A stretch of 64,000 nt of DNA from Syncephalis fuscata S228 (Eukaryota > Fungi > Zoopagomycota), in contig JAHLTZ010000016.1 of assembly GCA_025786725.1 (NCBI GenBank), forward strand, positions 248,001 through 312,000, written 5' to 3'. Positions 50,929 to 64,000 of the stretch are shown here, in pieces. The notes beneath the pieces are model-generated. The model was given only the letters and a program-made list of their open reading frames with translations. It did no database searches and was not told the origin of the DNA. A program made the translations under genes and the position numbers. How positions within the stretch are numbered: the stretch's first letter is position 1; each line of letters begins with the position of its first letter.

Positions 50929-52862
50929 ATGAGTTCCTTTGCACCCAAGTTGAAACAGTTTACCAACAAGGTACTGAACAAGTCGGCCAAGTCCTCTAAA
51001 ACAGCTGAGACAAAGCAAAATGAGGTGCTAGTCGAGATTACTGAGTCTGTTGCTGTGGACACGGTTGCTGTTGAGGAAAATAATCCGGGCAGCGCTTTAG
51101 GTGAAAATTTCGCTGAGCCATTGGATCTAACTCAGTTTGAACTGGCTGGCGATGGTGTGAAGTTCGATGATGGTGGCGATTTGAAGGGAATAGATATTGA
51201 TTTTATCAATTCAATGTATGCTCAAGATAATGCACTTGGACTTGTTCAGGTAATAAAATACAAATGTTTAAAAGATAATTTATGATGTAGCAACTAACTG
51301 TACTGATGTTGATATCGATATAGAGTCTAATATTGCTGGCCAACAATAAGGATGAAGGTGGCATTGGTAATTAATGTTGCTGTTAACTCATCAGTGATAC
51401 TGAATGGCTAATTATAAATGATATATAGTTGAAAACGGTATATTATCACACGATGCTTTAGCACATAAAGCAAGCACTGAATCAGGCTTACTGTCCAGTC
51501 TTACTTTACAGCCATGGTATGAACGTATATTGGGATATTTACCTTTACCAATTAGCATTCGACGCAAGTTTGGCGTCTATGTTGTTGATCGTAAAGTAAT
51601 ATTATTTAATTTTTGTGATGTATATTTTGACGTTTTATTAAATTGCGTAGACAAACGAAAAACAATACGAGGCTATGCCTATGTATGTTCGTATTGGTAT
51701 AAATCTACTTTATGTTGGATACTGGAAAGAAAAATGTAAGCGGTTCTAATGAACGAATAAAAGTTGCTAATTCTATTGAATAGTAATTCAAACTGGCGTA
51801 TTAGATGCTATTTTACGGCATGAAACGCTTAAACAAGGTCGTTATTTTGACTCATCAGAATCTGTAAAACAGATACCATCATTTATTAAAACATACAATA
51901 TTCTATGGATGAAGTATTGACTCCTAGTATTTCGTCGTTTAATACGTTTAATGAGTTTTTCTATCGCAAGTTAAATTCTGATGCTCGGCCAATTGCTAGT
52001 CCTTTGGATGAGGTAATTAACAATTAAGGCATAAATTAAATATCACTGAGGTTTACATTACTATTACAGCGTGTTGTCATATCCGGATGTGATTCAAGAC
52101 TCATTGTTTTCCCCAAAATTGAAGAAGCAACAAAGTTTTGGTAAGTAATTTGATTACAATAAAAATCAGCGACTAATGATTGACAATAGGATTAAAGGAA
52201 AACATTTCAATTTGGCTAATTTAATACAAGATGATGAATTGGTATAGAAATGATATTATAAGTGCAATAGCTACTAATTTGTTTTAATTATATTTATTTG
52301 AATTATGTTAGGCTAAACGATTTGAAGGTGGATCGATAGCTATATTCCGATTAGCGCCGCAAGATTATCATCGTTTCCACGCACCCATTGCTGCCACTTG
52401 CACCAGCAGTCGAATTATTCCAGGCAAATATTATACAGGTAAAAAAAACAAGCCAATTTACATCAGTACGATAAGTAACGCGGTTGTATTATACTAAATT
52501 TAGTAAATCCACTGGCCATTAATTCCCAAATCGATGTTCTGACCGAAAATACCCGTACTGTACACACGTTCACTACAGTTACCGACGACAAGTACACAGC
52601 AAAGTTAGAATCGCCGTTTGATTTTGTTATTGTGCCAGTGGGCGCAATGATGGTCGGCAGTATCAAATTGACGGGCGCACAACCGGATGTGCATACTCGC
52701 AAGGGAGATGAATTGGGCTATTTTGCATTTGGTGGTAGCACTGTAGTGGCGGTATTCCCACCTCGCGCAAATATCCGCTTCGATGCAGATCTTTTAGACA
52801 ACGCGTCCAACGGGCTTGAAACTTTGGTTAAAATGGGAGAGCCAATTGCTATTATTGGATAA
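50929..52862 (+). CDS. Phosphatidylserine decarboxylase, PSD2-type (GGST), no evident C2 domains, multi-exon
   Basis: YEAMPMYVRIG, FNEFFYRKLNSDARPI, FRLAPQDYHRFH, VGAMMVGSI, KGDELGYFAFGGSTVV. Confidence 0.92.
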
Positions 52863-53795
52863 TAACCGGAAATTGATGACCTTTGTAGCCAAAATTGTTG
52901 ATCTGGATGACGATAGTTTAAAAGATATTATTGCAACTACATTTTATTATGCTAATATTGAGTTATGATTATACTATGCACTTATGCTAATAAAGGAAAT
53001 ATTACATAATAGTATAATTTACGTATGCTTTGATAATTTGATTTTTGTAATCTATTATGTATTGTAAGTGTAATCATGAATAAAATGCATTCTTTTGCTT
53101 GTTTTATACTTGCTCGCTAATGGCCGAGCAGTTGGTGTACAAATTTAAGCGGAGATGCTGGGAAGTTTGAAATGTCTATACAAAGTGTCGATGAGAAATG
53201 TTGATGAACTAATAAAATAGCTTAAAATAAGACCATGTGAACAAATGTAGCCAATATCTCATATTGATGCAGTAAGAATTTCATTACTACCAATTAAGCA
53301 TTCCAATAAATGAATGTTTGCATGGCCGCTATAAAGTAACGGCTTATGACAGCGGAACGAGAATAGCCCATCAAATGCTTTGACTACAAATTTAACAATG
53401 ATTTCTGTACATTCGATGCTATTACAGACGTTAGAAAACAACAACAGTAGCATGTAATTAGCCGCTGGATTAACAACGATACTACTCACAAATGGTAGAA
53501 AGCAGGCTATTGGGTGCAGAGTCAATTGAAAAATATTGTATAATAGAAATGAAAGTGACAAGCAAACAGTTGCTATTGGTGATAAGTTTTCTAAAACATA
53601 TAGAAATCATTTGTGATGTAAATTAAGCAAGATTGAAAGTAAAAAGAAACAGAAACGAGTACAATAGAACAAGCTATAAGCCTACATAAAGGAAGGTAAT
53701 GCTGTTCATAAGCATAAACTATAGTTGCGTAGAAGCTGCGTGCAAGATTGAAAAAAACAAATACGGCTGTAGTGTAATTGCAATGTAAAATACGC

Positions 53796-55512
53796 TTAGG
53801 GTGCGTAAGATTTTTCCATGTGACGGCGTAAATGACGTTTAAGAGCAGGATTACGCTTAAAATTGCGGCCGCATAACTAAGAAGAAAGGATGAGTGTTAG
53901 TATTAATAATCTATAAAAATGCTTAGTCAACGCTTACCTTACAGGTTAAAGGCCAATATGGCACGTGCAAACGGATGTGAGAAATAATGTGGTCCCGTTT
54001 GCGTGCAGATACACGACAGTCGCCCCATTCACAGTGCAGACTAAGGTGACCAAGTGCGCGACGACCGATATGTTCCTCGCTAACGTGGTGCATCAATAGA
54101 GCCGCTTTATCAAACTCCAATAGGCAGCCACGCCATTCACAACGATAGGCCAATGAAGCGGTATCGGCACTAGCGCATGAGGAAATTTCCGTATGCGACG
54201 GTATACCTTGTGGATGTCCATATTCATCCAAGGATAAAGGAAGTAATGCTATCGGTGATTCTGACTGATTAGAATAAGACATAAATCTTTCGGATTCCAA
54301 ATATCCATGTTGATAAGAATGAAAATGTGCTTCAGATGCAATAGTCGCATCACTGGTCACGTTTAGACTATTTTGAGCATTGCTGCTACTTGATGCTGTA
54401 TATAGCCAATTATTATGAGCGGCAACACCATTAAAATTATGAAATTGTGCCGTTGAATTAGGCAATGACTCTTGGCTATGGGCGTGACCCATATTAGTGG
54501 CGCAGTTTTGTGCCAAAGAGCCAGAGTTCAAGGAGGGCAATGATGCTATAAAGCCGAGTTTGTGCTGCTGCGGTCTCAGGGACAACTGATGGTGGACATA
54601 GTATGACGACTGAGGCTGCGATGATTGATACGAATAAACAGATGCCGATCGAGCTGATCCATTTACTACCGGGGCAAGATCAACTGGTGAAACATTGCTC
54701 ATAGTCAAGTTGAGATTGTTTTCGTGTCCTTGATTAATTCTTGCAGATAAATCCGAAACAGCCAAGCAGGGAGAAAACTCGAGTTGTGATGCAACCGGAA
54801 TAACGCTTTTTGCCGAGGCTGCAAAAGGTGTCGAAGCTTGCGACCAGCGCTGCTCGTTGGGAAGTGTCGTTGCTGTAATGTTTTGCGGCACAGCGGGCAT
54901 AAACGAAGCTGCCAGCGACGATACCTGGCTAGGTGGATAGACAGAATGAGAATAGTGTGGCGACGTATTTACGTAGGATGTAGGGAGAGTATGTTTTGCT
55001 GACATATTTAAGTCGTGCAGTATTATTTGCTGTGTGACAGGGGCATATGGTAGTGACGATGTAATCAGTGCTGCTTGGGTGACGGCTAGCTCCGCTAATG
55101 CACCTTCCATCTGAGATTTATTTTCGCGCTGCAAAGAATGTGCATCTGAATGGGGAGGAGAATAGGTAGATCTGGCGCTTTGCATAAGTTCTGGAACTGG
55201 TGATGCAGCAGATAGCGATGTTGGTAAATTCAAATATATAGGGACTACAGGTATATTATTTTCGGGCGACATCGTAGCTGCAGCAGATGGAAACATATTA
55301 TTTTCTGAAATAGAAACAGAAATATTATTTGTAATAACTGAACTTGTAGTCGATGCAGCAGCTCGGTTAATTGGTAGCGAGTTTGGATGGTATATTTCAG
55401 CCCGAACGGACCGAGCAGCAGAAGCAATCGGTGAGTAGGTGGAAAGTGCTACTTCTTTAGAGGATGGCACTGCAATAATAAACGGATTTTGAGAAACGAA
55501 CGCTTCAGTCAT
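53796..55512 (-). CDS. PacC/Rim101-family paralogue C with zinc fingers at the extreme C-terminus, 2 exons
   Basis: About 455 aa of low-complexity N-terminus, then CEWRGC...HVSEEHIGRR...CEWGDC...KRDHIISHIRLH...TCK/LCGRNFKRNPALKRHLRRHMEKSYAP*. Confidence 0.85.
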
Positions 55513-58500
55513 AACAAATTTTGTAGCGCTTTTAGTAACAAAGTGGCCAATACTTGAACTCTACAAAAATAGAGTGTCTAACGGATGCAAAGGTGGTAGT
55601 AAACAACCAAAGGACGTCAATAAACTTGAAAGAAGCAAGCTTTATACGGCGACAGACTATAATAACCCGTATGAAGAGCTTTTGTAGAAATAGCACCTGG
55701 AACGTTTAGAATAAAGGTAAAGGTAGGTAGATAGAGTGCGAATGGTCAATACTGCAAAATAACGAAGCTGTACTATAGTAGACAGACGAATACGAGGGAA
55801 AATATTACAGGTAGACGATTGAGACAAAGAGCAATAATAATGCTACTAATATTAAAATAAGCTATACTGTTGCTAGTAGAAACTTGCACGTAGCTCTACT
55901 GTCGAAATATAGGATATAATAGAAGGCAAAGTGGAGAGATAGGTGAGCGGTAATAGATGAAAGAAATGCAGGCGTAGAGTGACTAGATCGGATTCTTGAT
56001 CCAAAATAAGGAAATCAAAAGTGTAGATGTTCGTAAGTTCAATGAAAAACGACTCGAGTTGATCGGCAATTCTAAACTCAGCAAGTAACGCAAGACTAGT
56101 AGCTAGCGAAATAATGATTTGAAATATGACTTTAGCAAATGTTCAAGGGGCTTAAATGGACGCAAGGATTCACGAGCGGCTTGAGCGCAAGTTGAATTTG
56201 GCAATAATGTCCAAAAAACGACACTTATTGTAACACCAAAATGCGTGTTCAACTGGGAACTTGAATAACAACTGTGCTGTAGAAATAATTTTTTTTAGCC
56301 AAAGACAGCAAAGCAGTTATGGTGATAATGGTGATGGAGGTGATAGTGGTATTGATAGAAATGACGACGGCAATTGTAATGATAGCTATAGTAGTGATGG
56401 TAATAATAATGTTATTGTAATAGTAATAGTGAAAAGTGAAGCACGTGTGATTAATATTCACAAGTGTTTACTTTGCTAATAGTTCCGTTTTTATGTGTTT
56501 GTGCTAGGGACCACGACGACTATAGAAAACAATAGGTAAAGATGGCGAATCGGATACTATGTACCCAGAAAAGGCAGTGAAATCACGTTGATACAGCTGT
56601 AGAAATTGTAATGCGGAAAAGTCTACCGATACTATTGGAAACAAGCCGACGCCTTAACAACACCGCTACTGAGAATTAAGGACAAATAAACGGTGCGTGC
56701 TTTTGCCTAGCTAGCCGAGGGCGCTTAGCTTAAGTTTTATGCCTACACTTTACACTTTTGGTGATAAAGTGTCGTTGAATGACACCTAGCTACACTTGAG
56801 ATAGCAATGATAATGCCAAACACAAATTAAACACTGGCACAAGGACAGGGGCTAATCTGGTTAACTGAAGTTATACCCCGCAGCAATGTGGTGGAAGTAG
56901 AGCCGATGATACGGGGTTGCAGTGTAAGCAATACTGAACTTGGAATTCTAATTATACCATGCGGTGAGCAAGACTTGAGTTATGATTTAATGGTAATAAG
57001 GGCGGTGGCCGATAGCCCAGTAATGCAGAGTGTAAATAATGTTGGGTAAAAGACGCGCAGCGTTTAAACTAATACGACGCTTAGTAATTAAAGATCAGGG
57101 GCTAAGCAGTGATGGTGTAGTTGGTGCTTTTGTAGTTATTTGGCTAATTGAGCAAACAAGCGCCAAGCGATGCTGTATAAATCAAAAGGTACACGTTGGT
57201 GCGCACACCTTTATGGGTATGTGCACACAAACACATGTACAGCAGACTCGCGCCAAAGCAGGTACATATTGTGTACCAAGTAAATGGCGAATAATGGTCA
57301 GGAGAACAGAGACAGCATTCGCGTGACATTATCTACCGAGGGATATGTACAAGGAGAATAGATGTGCTCGATCTTCTTTTCTAATCAGACACTCGTAACC
57401 AGTATCGCTTTGTTTGATTCACTACATTTTAGTTGGTAGAGTGATCGGTACTAGCGTCTTTGTTACTGATACAAAGTGCCATAGATTTTCGGCAATTTGA
57501 CAATAAAAACGTGGCTTAAGCAATGATAATAAAAGTGACAATGTGCTACCTAAAAGGTTGTTTGTAACGTGCCTAAAACAATAAAGATATTTCGAGAAAA
57601 CATAACAAGGACAGTACTGCACTTTGGATTGTGAATTGCAATCGATAGAACAGCGAGGCAAATGCAACGATGATTGGCACTGTAGCATCGCATACGAAAG
57701 TACACAAGATACCGCGCTAATTTTCATGCGGAGCGCCATACATAACGGTACTCGAAAACATTAAAAAATAGAGAACTGCGGAATACCTTAACAGTTTTGT
57801 GAGATAAATAAATTTATTAATTATCACAGTTGTAAAAAGTACAACACGAGCTTTATTTTTGCACCTTCTTTACAAGTGCATTATTTCTTAAAAAGAACAA
57901 TCGCTCAGCTTGATTTTTATCATAAAAGCACATAATGGCCATCTGTGAGGTACTATGTCAACACTACTTATCTAGTCCTAGGAATATTTTTTTTGAAACT
58001 TTAATGGGACACCTATAAGTAAAGCAACAAAACAAGACAAAGATGGTACAAGGAAGTGTGTAGTATAATTTATTATTATGCCCTGTAATTACCGATAATG
58101 GTGTGATCATTTTTATCAAAAAAACCTGTAAAATATGCACCCGAACATTGTGAAAAATCAAAAAGCAAGGCGGCTGTGTTACTGCTATAGCCACGTTACA
58201 AGTGCCTTCCATTAAGATACCATGGCATTTGTATGCTCATTTGGCTGAGTGATATCTAGATTATATGGTTACACGGGTTTTCATAGTGATTTGAATATTG
58301 GTTCGCTTGGCCAATGGGCCATTTATGTTACTATTCTATGCGGACAATAATTAGACACCGGCCTAAAGCGGCTAATTGGCATATTTAAAAAGCTGGCATT
58401 AATCATTATTCCGTTGTCCGCCAATTGGTTTTTATAGCCTACGAATAAAAATGATAACTCATGTAAAATACAAATTAGTTGTTAATTAACCAATATTAGT

Positions 58501-59200
58501 AATGATCTATCATTTACAATACAAATGGTTTTGCCTAGGTTGTAGCACAAATATTGACAAAGTTGTACTGCAACGATATATTAAACAATGTAACAAGTCT
58601 CTATATGGTAATAGCAAGTTACCGAGTTCGATTGCAGTATAAACTGTTGCAATTGATAAACATACTGATTACTAATATTTCCATATATGGTATACACAGA
58701 TATTCTACTAATTGATTGCAGTTTCAATATCGCTACAAGTTAAAGGGGGAAGTAGTGCTTAGCAATGGCCTCGAAAGAAACGGTATCTATTTACGTTACT
58801 GATGTAACTTGTACTGCCAAGATATGTTAATAATAAATCGTTACAACAATAGACATATCATTATAATTCAACTACCATTTCAGTATGTACATTTGATACT
58901 AAATTGGTAGCCACCTTGATTCGGTGCAGTAATTATGAAACACCGTCGACAAAAGGCGCGCAAACAAATAGCGTCCGTTTTCTTCGTTTATTTTTCTCCT
59001 TCTCATTACTGCACTACATCTCATCATTACTTGAAGTAATACATTATCTTGGTAATTACAATAATAACAGTGTCAGAACATTGATTTGCTTGCACCATCA
59101 TCGTATCACCATCGGAGTAGCACATTTTTATTGAATTTGCCAACTAAAGCACCTTTACGCTCGTACGAATTTCTAATTTCTGAGAGTATTTCTTTCGACA

Positions 59201-59986
59201 ATGAAACATCCACAACAGTTGCTATTGATTGTCGCCCTGGCGGCCACGGTCACCCTTGTCGATGCCGACCCGCGCCCTGCTAGCGATATTCTCTCACTTG
59301 CCTTTTCTTTATCATCAAGCTGCCGTTCATATCTTATGTCCAAACTCAATGATAACCAATTAAGTCGCTGCCTACCCATCCAGTCATTAATGACCTTGGC
59401 GGGTTCCGAGTTGCCTGAACCAGAGGTATTTTCGAGTGCTGTCACTAGTATATGTCGTGTATCCCCATGCAGCGACAGTCTAGTGGGCAGTATTAGAAAA
59501 GACGTACGCTCCAACTGTGAAAGCGACATTAATGGTGGCTCAAATGCCGAAATGTTCCACTCGGCTCTATATGTACTCGATAATTACACACCTCTAAGAA
59601 ACGCCACATGCGTACAAGCGAAGGACGGCGAATTGTGCGCCATTGAATCTTACAAAAAGGTCTATCCGGCGGCAAAGGACACGCCATCTAATCAACTGCT
59701 CGAAAAGATTCCGCAAAGTGATATTTGCTCAGAATGCAATAAGGGCATTGCTACCGTATTACTACAGGCCGATCAGTCCAATCCAGGCAAGTTACTTAAC
59801 GAGACCACAGCCAAGAAAATCTCAAGTCGTGTGGCCGATACATGCGGAAAGGAGTATTTGAATGGCAACACCACTACAGCTTCGGGAGATAAGGCTCACG
59901 CGCCATCACCTGCTTCTAGCCTAGCCTACTCACATGCAATTGGCCTGCCATTACTCGCGCTGGTTGTACTCTCATCAATTTTTTAG
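59201..59986 (+). CDS. Secreted, Cys-rich, probably GPI-anchored surface protein, intronless
   Basis: Signal peptide, ten Cys, Ser/Ala-rich omega region and hydrophobic tail IGLPLLALVVLSSIF. Confidence 0.8.
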   Translation: MKHPQQLLLIVALAATVTLVDADPRPASDILSLAFSLSSSCRSYLMSKLNDNQLSRCLPIQSLMTLAGSELPEPEVFSSAVTSICRVSPCSDSLVGSIRKDVRSNCESDINGGSNAEMFHSALYVLDNYTPLRNATCVQAKDGELCAIESYKKVYPAAKDTPSNQLLEKIPQSDICSECNKGIATVLLQADQSNPGKLLNETTAKKISSRVADTCGKEYLNGNTTTASGDKAHAPSPASSLAYSHAIGLPLLALVVLSSIF

Positions 59987-61191
59987 CCAACGATGGCAAT
60001 AATAACATGGTTATTTCTATAAAGCTACATAAGACTAGCCATGTCATATATTAATGTTAAACATGCGTAATTTTAAAGACAAGGAATAATAATAGCAATA
60101 ATAATAATAATATGACTAGGACATGATATTTGGTGCCGACATCTATTTTTTAATATATTTATTATATACTGAATATATGTTCTATGATAATGAGTAGTTT
60201 TTGTGTCAAATGACTTTTATTCTCAATGCATTTATTCATTTACTATTAATCTGTTCTATGATGTACCAACATGTTGGGTAGATTGACTTTTATTATTTCA
60301 CACTCCATTTATTAATTAAACTCATTTGTTTATAAATATTGACTGACAGGCTCACATCTCACAATCTACGTCATCACATTTCCCTTTCTCTTTCTTTACA
60401 CTTGACAGCATATATCCATTGCATATACTTGTACACTCCATATATACCATCTAAATAGTGTCAGTAGTTGACTGACTACTAGTCAAGTACAAACACTATT
60501 TACATTACTCTCTTGCATTGCACTTTTGTAATCTGACCTTTTTTACAAATCACCTTCATCACTCCGATCATTGGTGTTGGCAGCTTCTTTGACACGATAA
60601 GCGCATTTCCGGTTTGTTTTTATGTCATGTATCATTGTATATTTATATTAAATAAAAGTATAAAATAATTTTGGTAGCATCTAGTCTCTACTGTCATTAT
60701 ATATGGTTGATATGCAAATACAGATTATCAGACAATAGTTATTGATAGCAAAACAATAAGCAAAAATTTAATCGAACCAATACGTTAGTATATCGTATAG
60801 TGTATTAATATTTAAATAATAAATGTATTAGAAACGGATACAAGTACAAACATAAAATATATTAAAAATAAGAAATATAATATTAATCTATCTAATAAGC
60901 CGGTAGATTATAGAACATATTAAAAGCCAAACAAAAACTGTATTAGCAAATAGTATTTTAAGTGAACTACTATAAAAGATTGTCACCGTCATATAATGTA
61001 ATAAATTAACATGTATTTTTACGCCATTAAACGTGTTAAATAGATAATAGGCAACATCAGCGTGTTTTGAAAGATAAAAAAGCGCTTAGATAACTAAAAG
61101 CGCAGCTTTAAACGGAAACGGTAAGGGCCGTTACTAAGGTTGTTCTTTTTCTTAGTGCGCTTTCGTTTTCTTACATATTATATATATAGCT

Positions 61192-63060
61192 ATGTCGGCA
61201 CTCATCAACGATACTGACCCTGCATTTTGGCACGACCCCGCGTTAGAAGGGCGTGGTAGGTTGTTTGACATGCGTTACATTCACTGCCACTGACCTGTCG
61301 ACAGATATTCGTCATCTAATGTTTGTTGTGCATGGCATGGGACGTCAACTAGAGGAACGCGGCAAATACCGCGACAATAGTAAGCTGTGTACCAGGCAGC
61401 ACTATGTTTGCTAACAAGTCTGCAGTCCGTGATATGCGCGCAACCTTGCGTGAAGTTTTAGATGATGAATTTCAACGCCCAAATGAAGCTGTTGCCGTTA
61501 TTCCGATAGGTAAGTGATAGCTCGAAAGACTAAACGGCTTTATGACTCACGGGCTGTATTACCCTTATTGCGATGACTAGAATGGCATTCTATATTGCAT
61601 GAAAAGGTTGATAGGTAACTTGAATGGATATCAATAGCTAAGGACCAATTACTAATAATTGCCGTGTATAGTCGAATGGCAAAAGTGCTACTTGACAAGT
61701 GTGCTGCCATGCGTGTTCTATGCAATGAATATCTCGCCGATGCTCTATATTATTTCACCGAAGAGCACGGTCAGATGATCATAGATGTTGTTGTTGACCA
61801 GTTGAATACTCGCTATGACGAGTTTATGACAAAGTACCCATCATTCACAGGCCAGACAGTCGTGGTAGGATTCAGTCTAGGTGGCGTGTGTTGCTTCGAT
61901 ATACTGGCCCGTCAATCAGGCGGTGTTGTAAATCGAAGCAAAACCGATTGCCGAACAGTTCAGCCACTAAAGTTCCAGCCATCGCGTTTCTTCACATTTG
62001 GATCGCCTATTGCCGCTGTTATGATAATGCGCGGATGGGAAATGCAAGATCTTCAACTACCCGCGTGGTGTCGTCATCAAAATATTACACATCCATGCGA
62101 TCCATTGGTAATTAGACTAAAATTGTGTATTAATTATAATGATAAATTTAATAACTATTTTATTGATAGGCTTATCGTGTTGAGCCATTGATTATGGAGA
62201 AATATGCAGATATTCCGCCTATACAAATAGATCACTTGCCTCCTCGTTCGCGTCGCCAGGCACTCTTTGACTGGATGTCACCAAGGGCGCCAACATCGTT
62301 TATACCTGGTGTTGGCTATGCTTATCGATTTTTCTCTGCCTTTGCCGGCTATATGTACGGCAGCTCGGACGCTGGATCGATAAAAAGCGACGGCGATGAG
62401 AATGAAGATAAGACAAGCGATGAAGCCGGTGCTAATGGTGAAGAACCGGTGCGCCATTATAGAAAACGTCGTCGAGTATCCGAAAGCAGCGAAGAACCAC
62501 TGTGGTCTGAAAATCAAGAATTGTTAAACGATACTGAGTCTGATACACAATCAAATTGTAACATTGTTGTATTAGTAAGCGATGATAGTGAAGAAGAAGA
62601 GGAGGAGGAGAAGAAGGAGGAGAAGGAAGAAGTCGATGGCAATGATGATGTTAAAGTAAACTCAATAGCTAAAAAACGACATAGATCGACTGCATCTATT
62701 GATATAGCTGTGGATAGTACAGCTGCATCAATTAAATCATCGAAAAATGCTAATATATCGGTGGAGATTATAGATACGGCCACGATTGCCTCGACAGAGC
62801 TTGTTGATCAAGATTATGTTCATATCGACATTGATACGGCTATTCGATATGCTACTGAAGATCCGAAGCCATTGGATCAACGTATTGATTTCATACTTTA
62901 TGAGCCGCGATTAAGAACGCTTAACGAATATGTTATTGGCATACGTGCTCATTTCAGCTATTGGCACAGCCGTGATCTAATGCGCCATCTTTTACGATGT
63001 TTAGGTGTACATCCTATCCCCAAGTCATCATCTACCACTTCTGACACTTCCGAAAGCTGA
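61192..63060 (+). CDS. DDHD-domain phospholipase A1, multi-exon
   Basis: HLMFVVHGMG, IPIEWHSILH, lipase motif GFSLG, FFTFGSP, NITHPCDPL/AYRVEPL, RIDF and AHFSYWHSRD. Confidence 0.9.
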
Positions 63061-63562
63061 TACATAAGTATTATAATTATTATTGCTTTAATTAATAGAA
63101 AGATATATATATAAATTTTGATAATAAATAAGTTTAATGCCAATACATTATTGTTATTATTAATAATAGCAATACTAGTATTGCTTTGATTCATAGTATA
63201 TACATATAGTAATAAATAATTCTAATAATTATTAATGCCAATATTTGTTAGATATTCTTTTCAAATAAATCTTATTACAAAAAATACCAGTGTATTTATA
63301 TTAACTGGTCAACAATAAACATTAGTAAATAATTAAACATTATACATAAATTTGTAGAAAAACACGATACACTAGTTTAGTTGTGAGTTTACAAATTGCA
63401 ATTATTAACTATATACATATAGTCAGAGAGGTAAGATGCTAGAACAATAATGCCAAAGATGCGAAATAAATAGTGCGCGTACATGCCGAGAAACGGAATA
63501 ATAACAAGCGACACGTTATGCCTCTGAATGGCCGTGACACGCGCGCTTATGACTGTCGTACA

Positions 63563-64000
63563 CTAGATATGTGCAGCGGTTAAAGACGCCACCTGCCATG
63601 TCGACGAGTCTAATGATTGATCCGTCATGCCAAAAAGAAGAGGAAGCTCTGGCTCAGTGTTATCGGCCATCGCCGCTCCAAGCATGGCTTTTGAATTTAA
63701 GACGTCATTAGGATCTTGCCAAAAATCATGCACATCACTAGGATTGAATGGATACTGGCCGGTATACTGCAATGGCGATTGTTGTTGTAGCTGTTGGTGT
63801 TGATAGTGATGATGATGCTGCTGTTGTTGTTGTTGCTGCTGGAACTGGTCCATGCTAATGCTAGTATTGATGCCCGACAAGAGCTCATGGGTAAGGAATG
63901 CATCGGCTGGCATACCGAGTAATAGATTGGCATCCAATGTGGCATACATGTCGGGGACAGAAGGGGGCGAGTTTAACAACAGCGTGCTATCATGAGCATT
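63563..64000 (-). CDS. 3' end of a gene encoding a polyQ/H low-complexity C-terminus (possibly a transcription factor); starts beyond the window
   Basis: GC-rich open frame running to the window edge with a Q/H tract; stop at 63563. Confidence 0.6.
   Translation of the reverse strand, partial: NAHDSTLLLNSPPSVPDMYATLDANLLLGMPADAFLTHELLSGINTSISMDQFQQQQQQQQHHHHYQHQQLQQQSPLQYTGQYPFNPSDVHDFWQDPNDVLNSKAMLGAAMADNTEPELPLLFGMTDQSLDSSTWQVASLTAAHI

Noticed and set aside
56249-56479. ORFs with GDNGDG / ITIITIT repeats
   Set aside because: Low-complexity trinucleotide-like tract in the upstream region of paralogue C.
57039-58212. Short ORFs upstream of paralogue C and the GPI gene
   Set aside because: No recognisable protein features; probably intergenic.
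1-64000. CRISPR array, rRNA, tRNA, telomeric TTAGGG tracts, intact transposase
   Set aside because: No regularly spaced repeat-spacer units, cloverleafs, rRNA-like blocks, telomere arrays or full transposase ORFs were seen by eye; tRNAscan and Rfam were not run.

Overview
Eukaryotic, AT-rich, intron-dense DNA (mostly 45-65 nt GT-AG introns) from an early-diverging fungus. Gene content and style suggest Zoopagomycota, possibly a Syncephalis-like mycoparasite (inference). The left third (1-22.8 kb) is a plastic accessory region. It holds a TRF/Tbf1-type telobox Myb gene and three mosaic paralogues of an orphan 7TM GPCR-like family, one of them frameshifted. It also holds an intronless bacterial-type GH8 glycosidase with a decayed tandem pseudogene, a second 7TM gene with a large ectodomain, an epoxide hydrolase, an Rxt3 gene, two near-identical inverted duplications and a decayed Fanzor/TnpB-like nuclease. 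The middle (22.9-38.8 kb) is housekeeping: ROD/KNTC1, mitochondrial S4, SANT-containing zuotin, a DUF3245-like gene, BAP31 and a second Fanzor-like remnant. The right part (40-56 kb) carries three co-oriented PacC/Rim101 zinc-finger paralogues with different finger-3 recognition helices and domain layouts, dense GCCARG (PacC-site) clusters upstream of two of them, and an interleaved PSD2-type decarboxylase. A GPI-anchored protein, a DDHD phospholipase and the 3' end of a polyQ gene follow. No rRNA, tRNA or CRISPR array was recognised. Exon boundaries were read by eye and are approximate.
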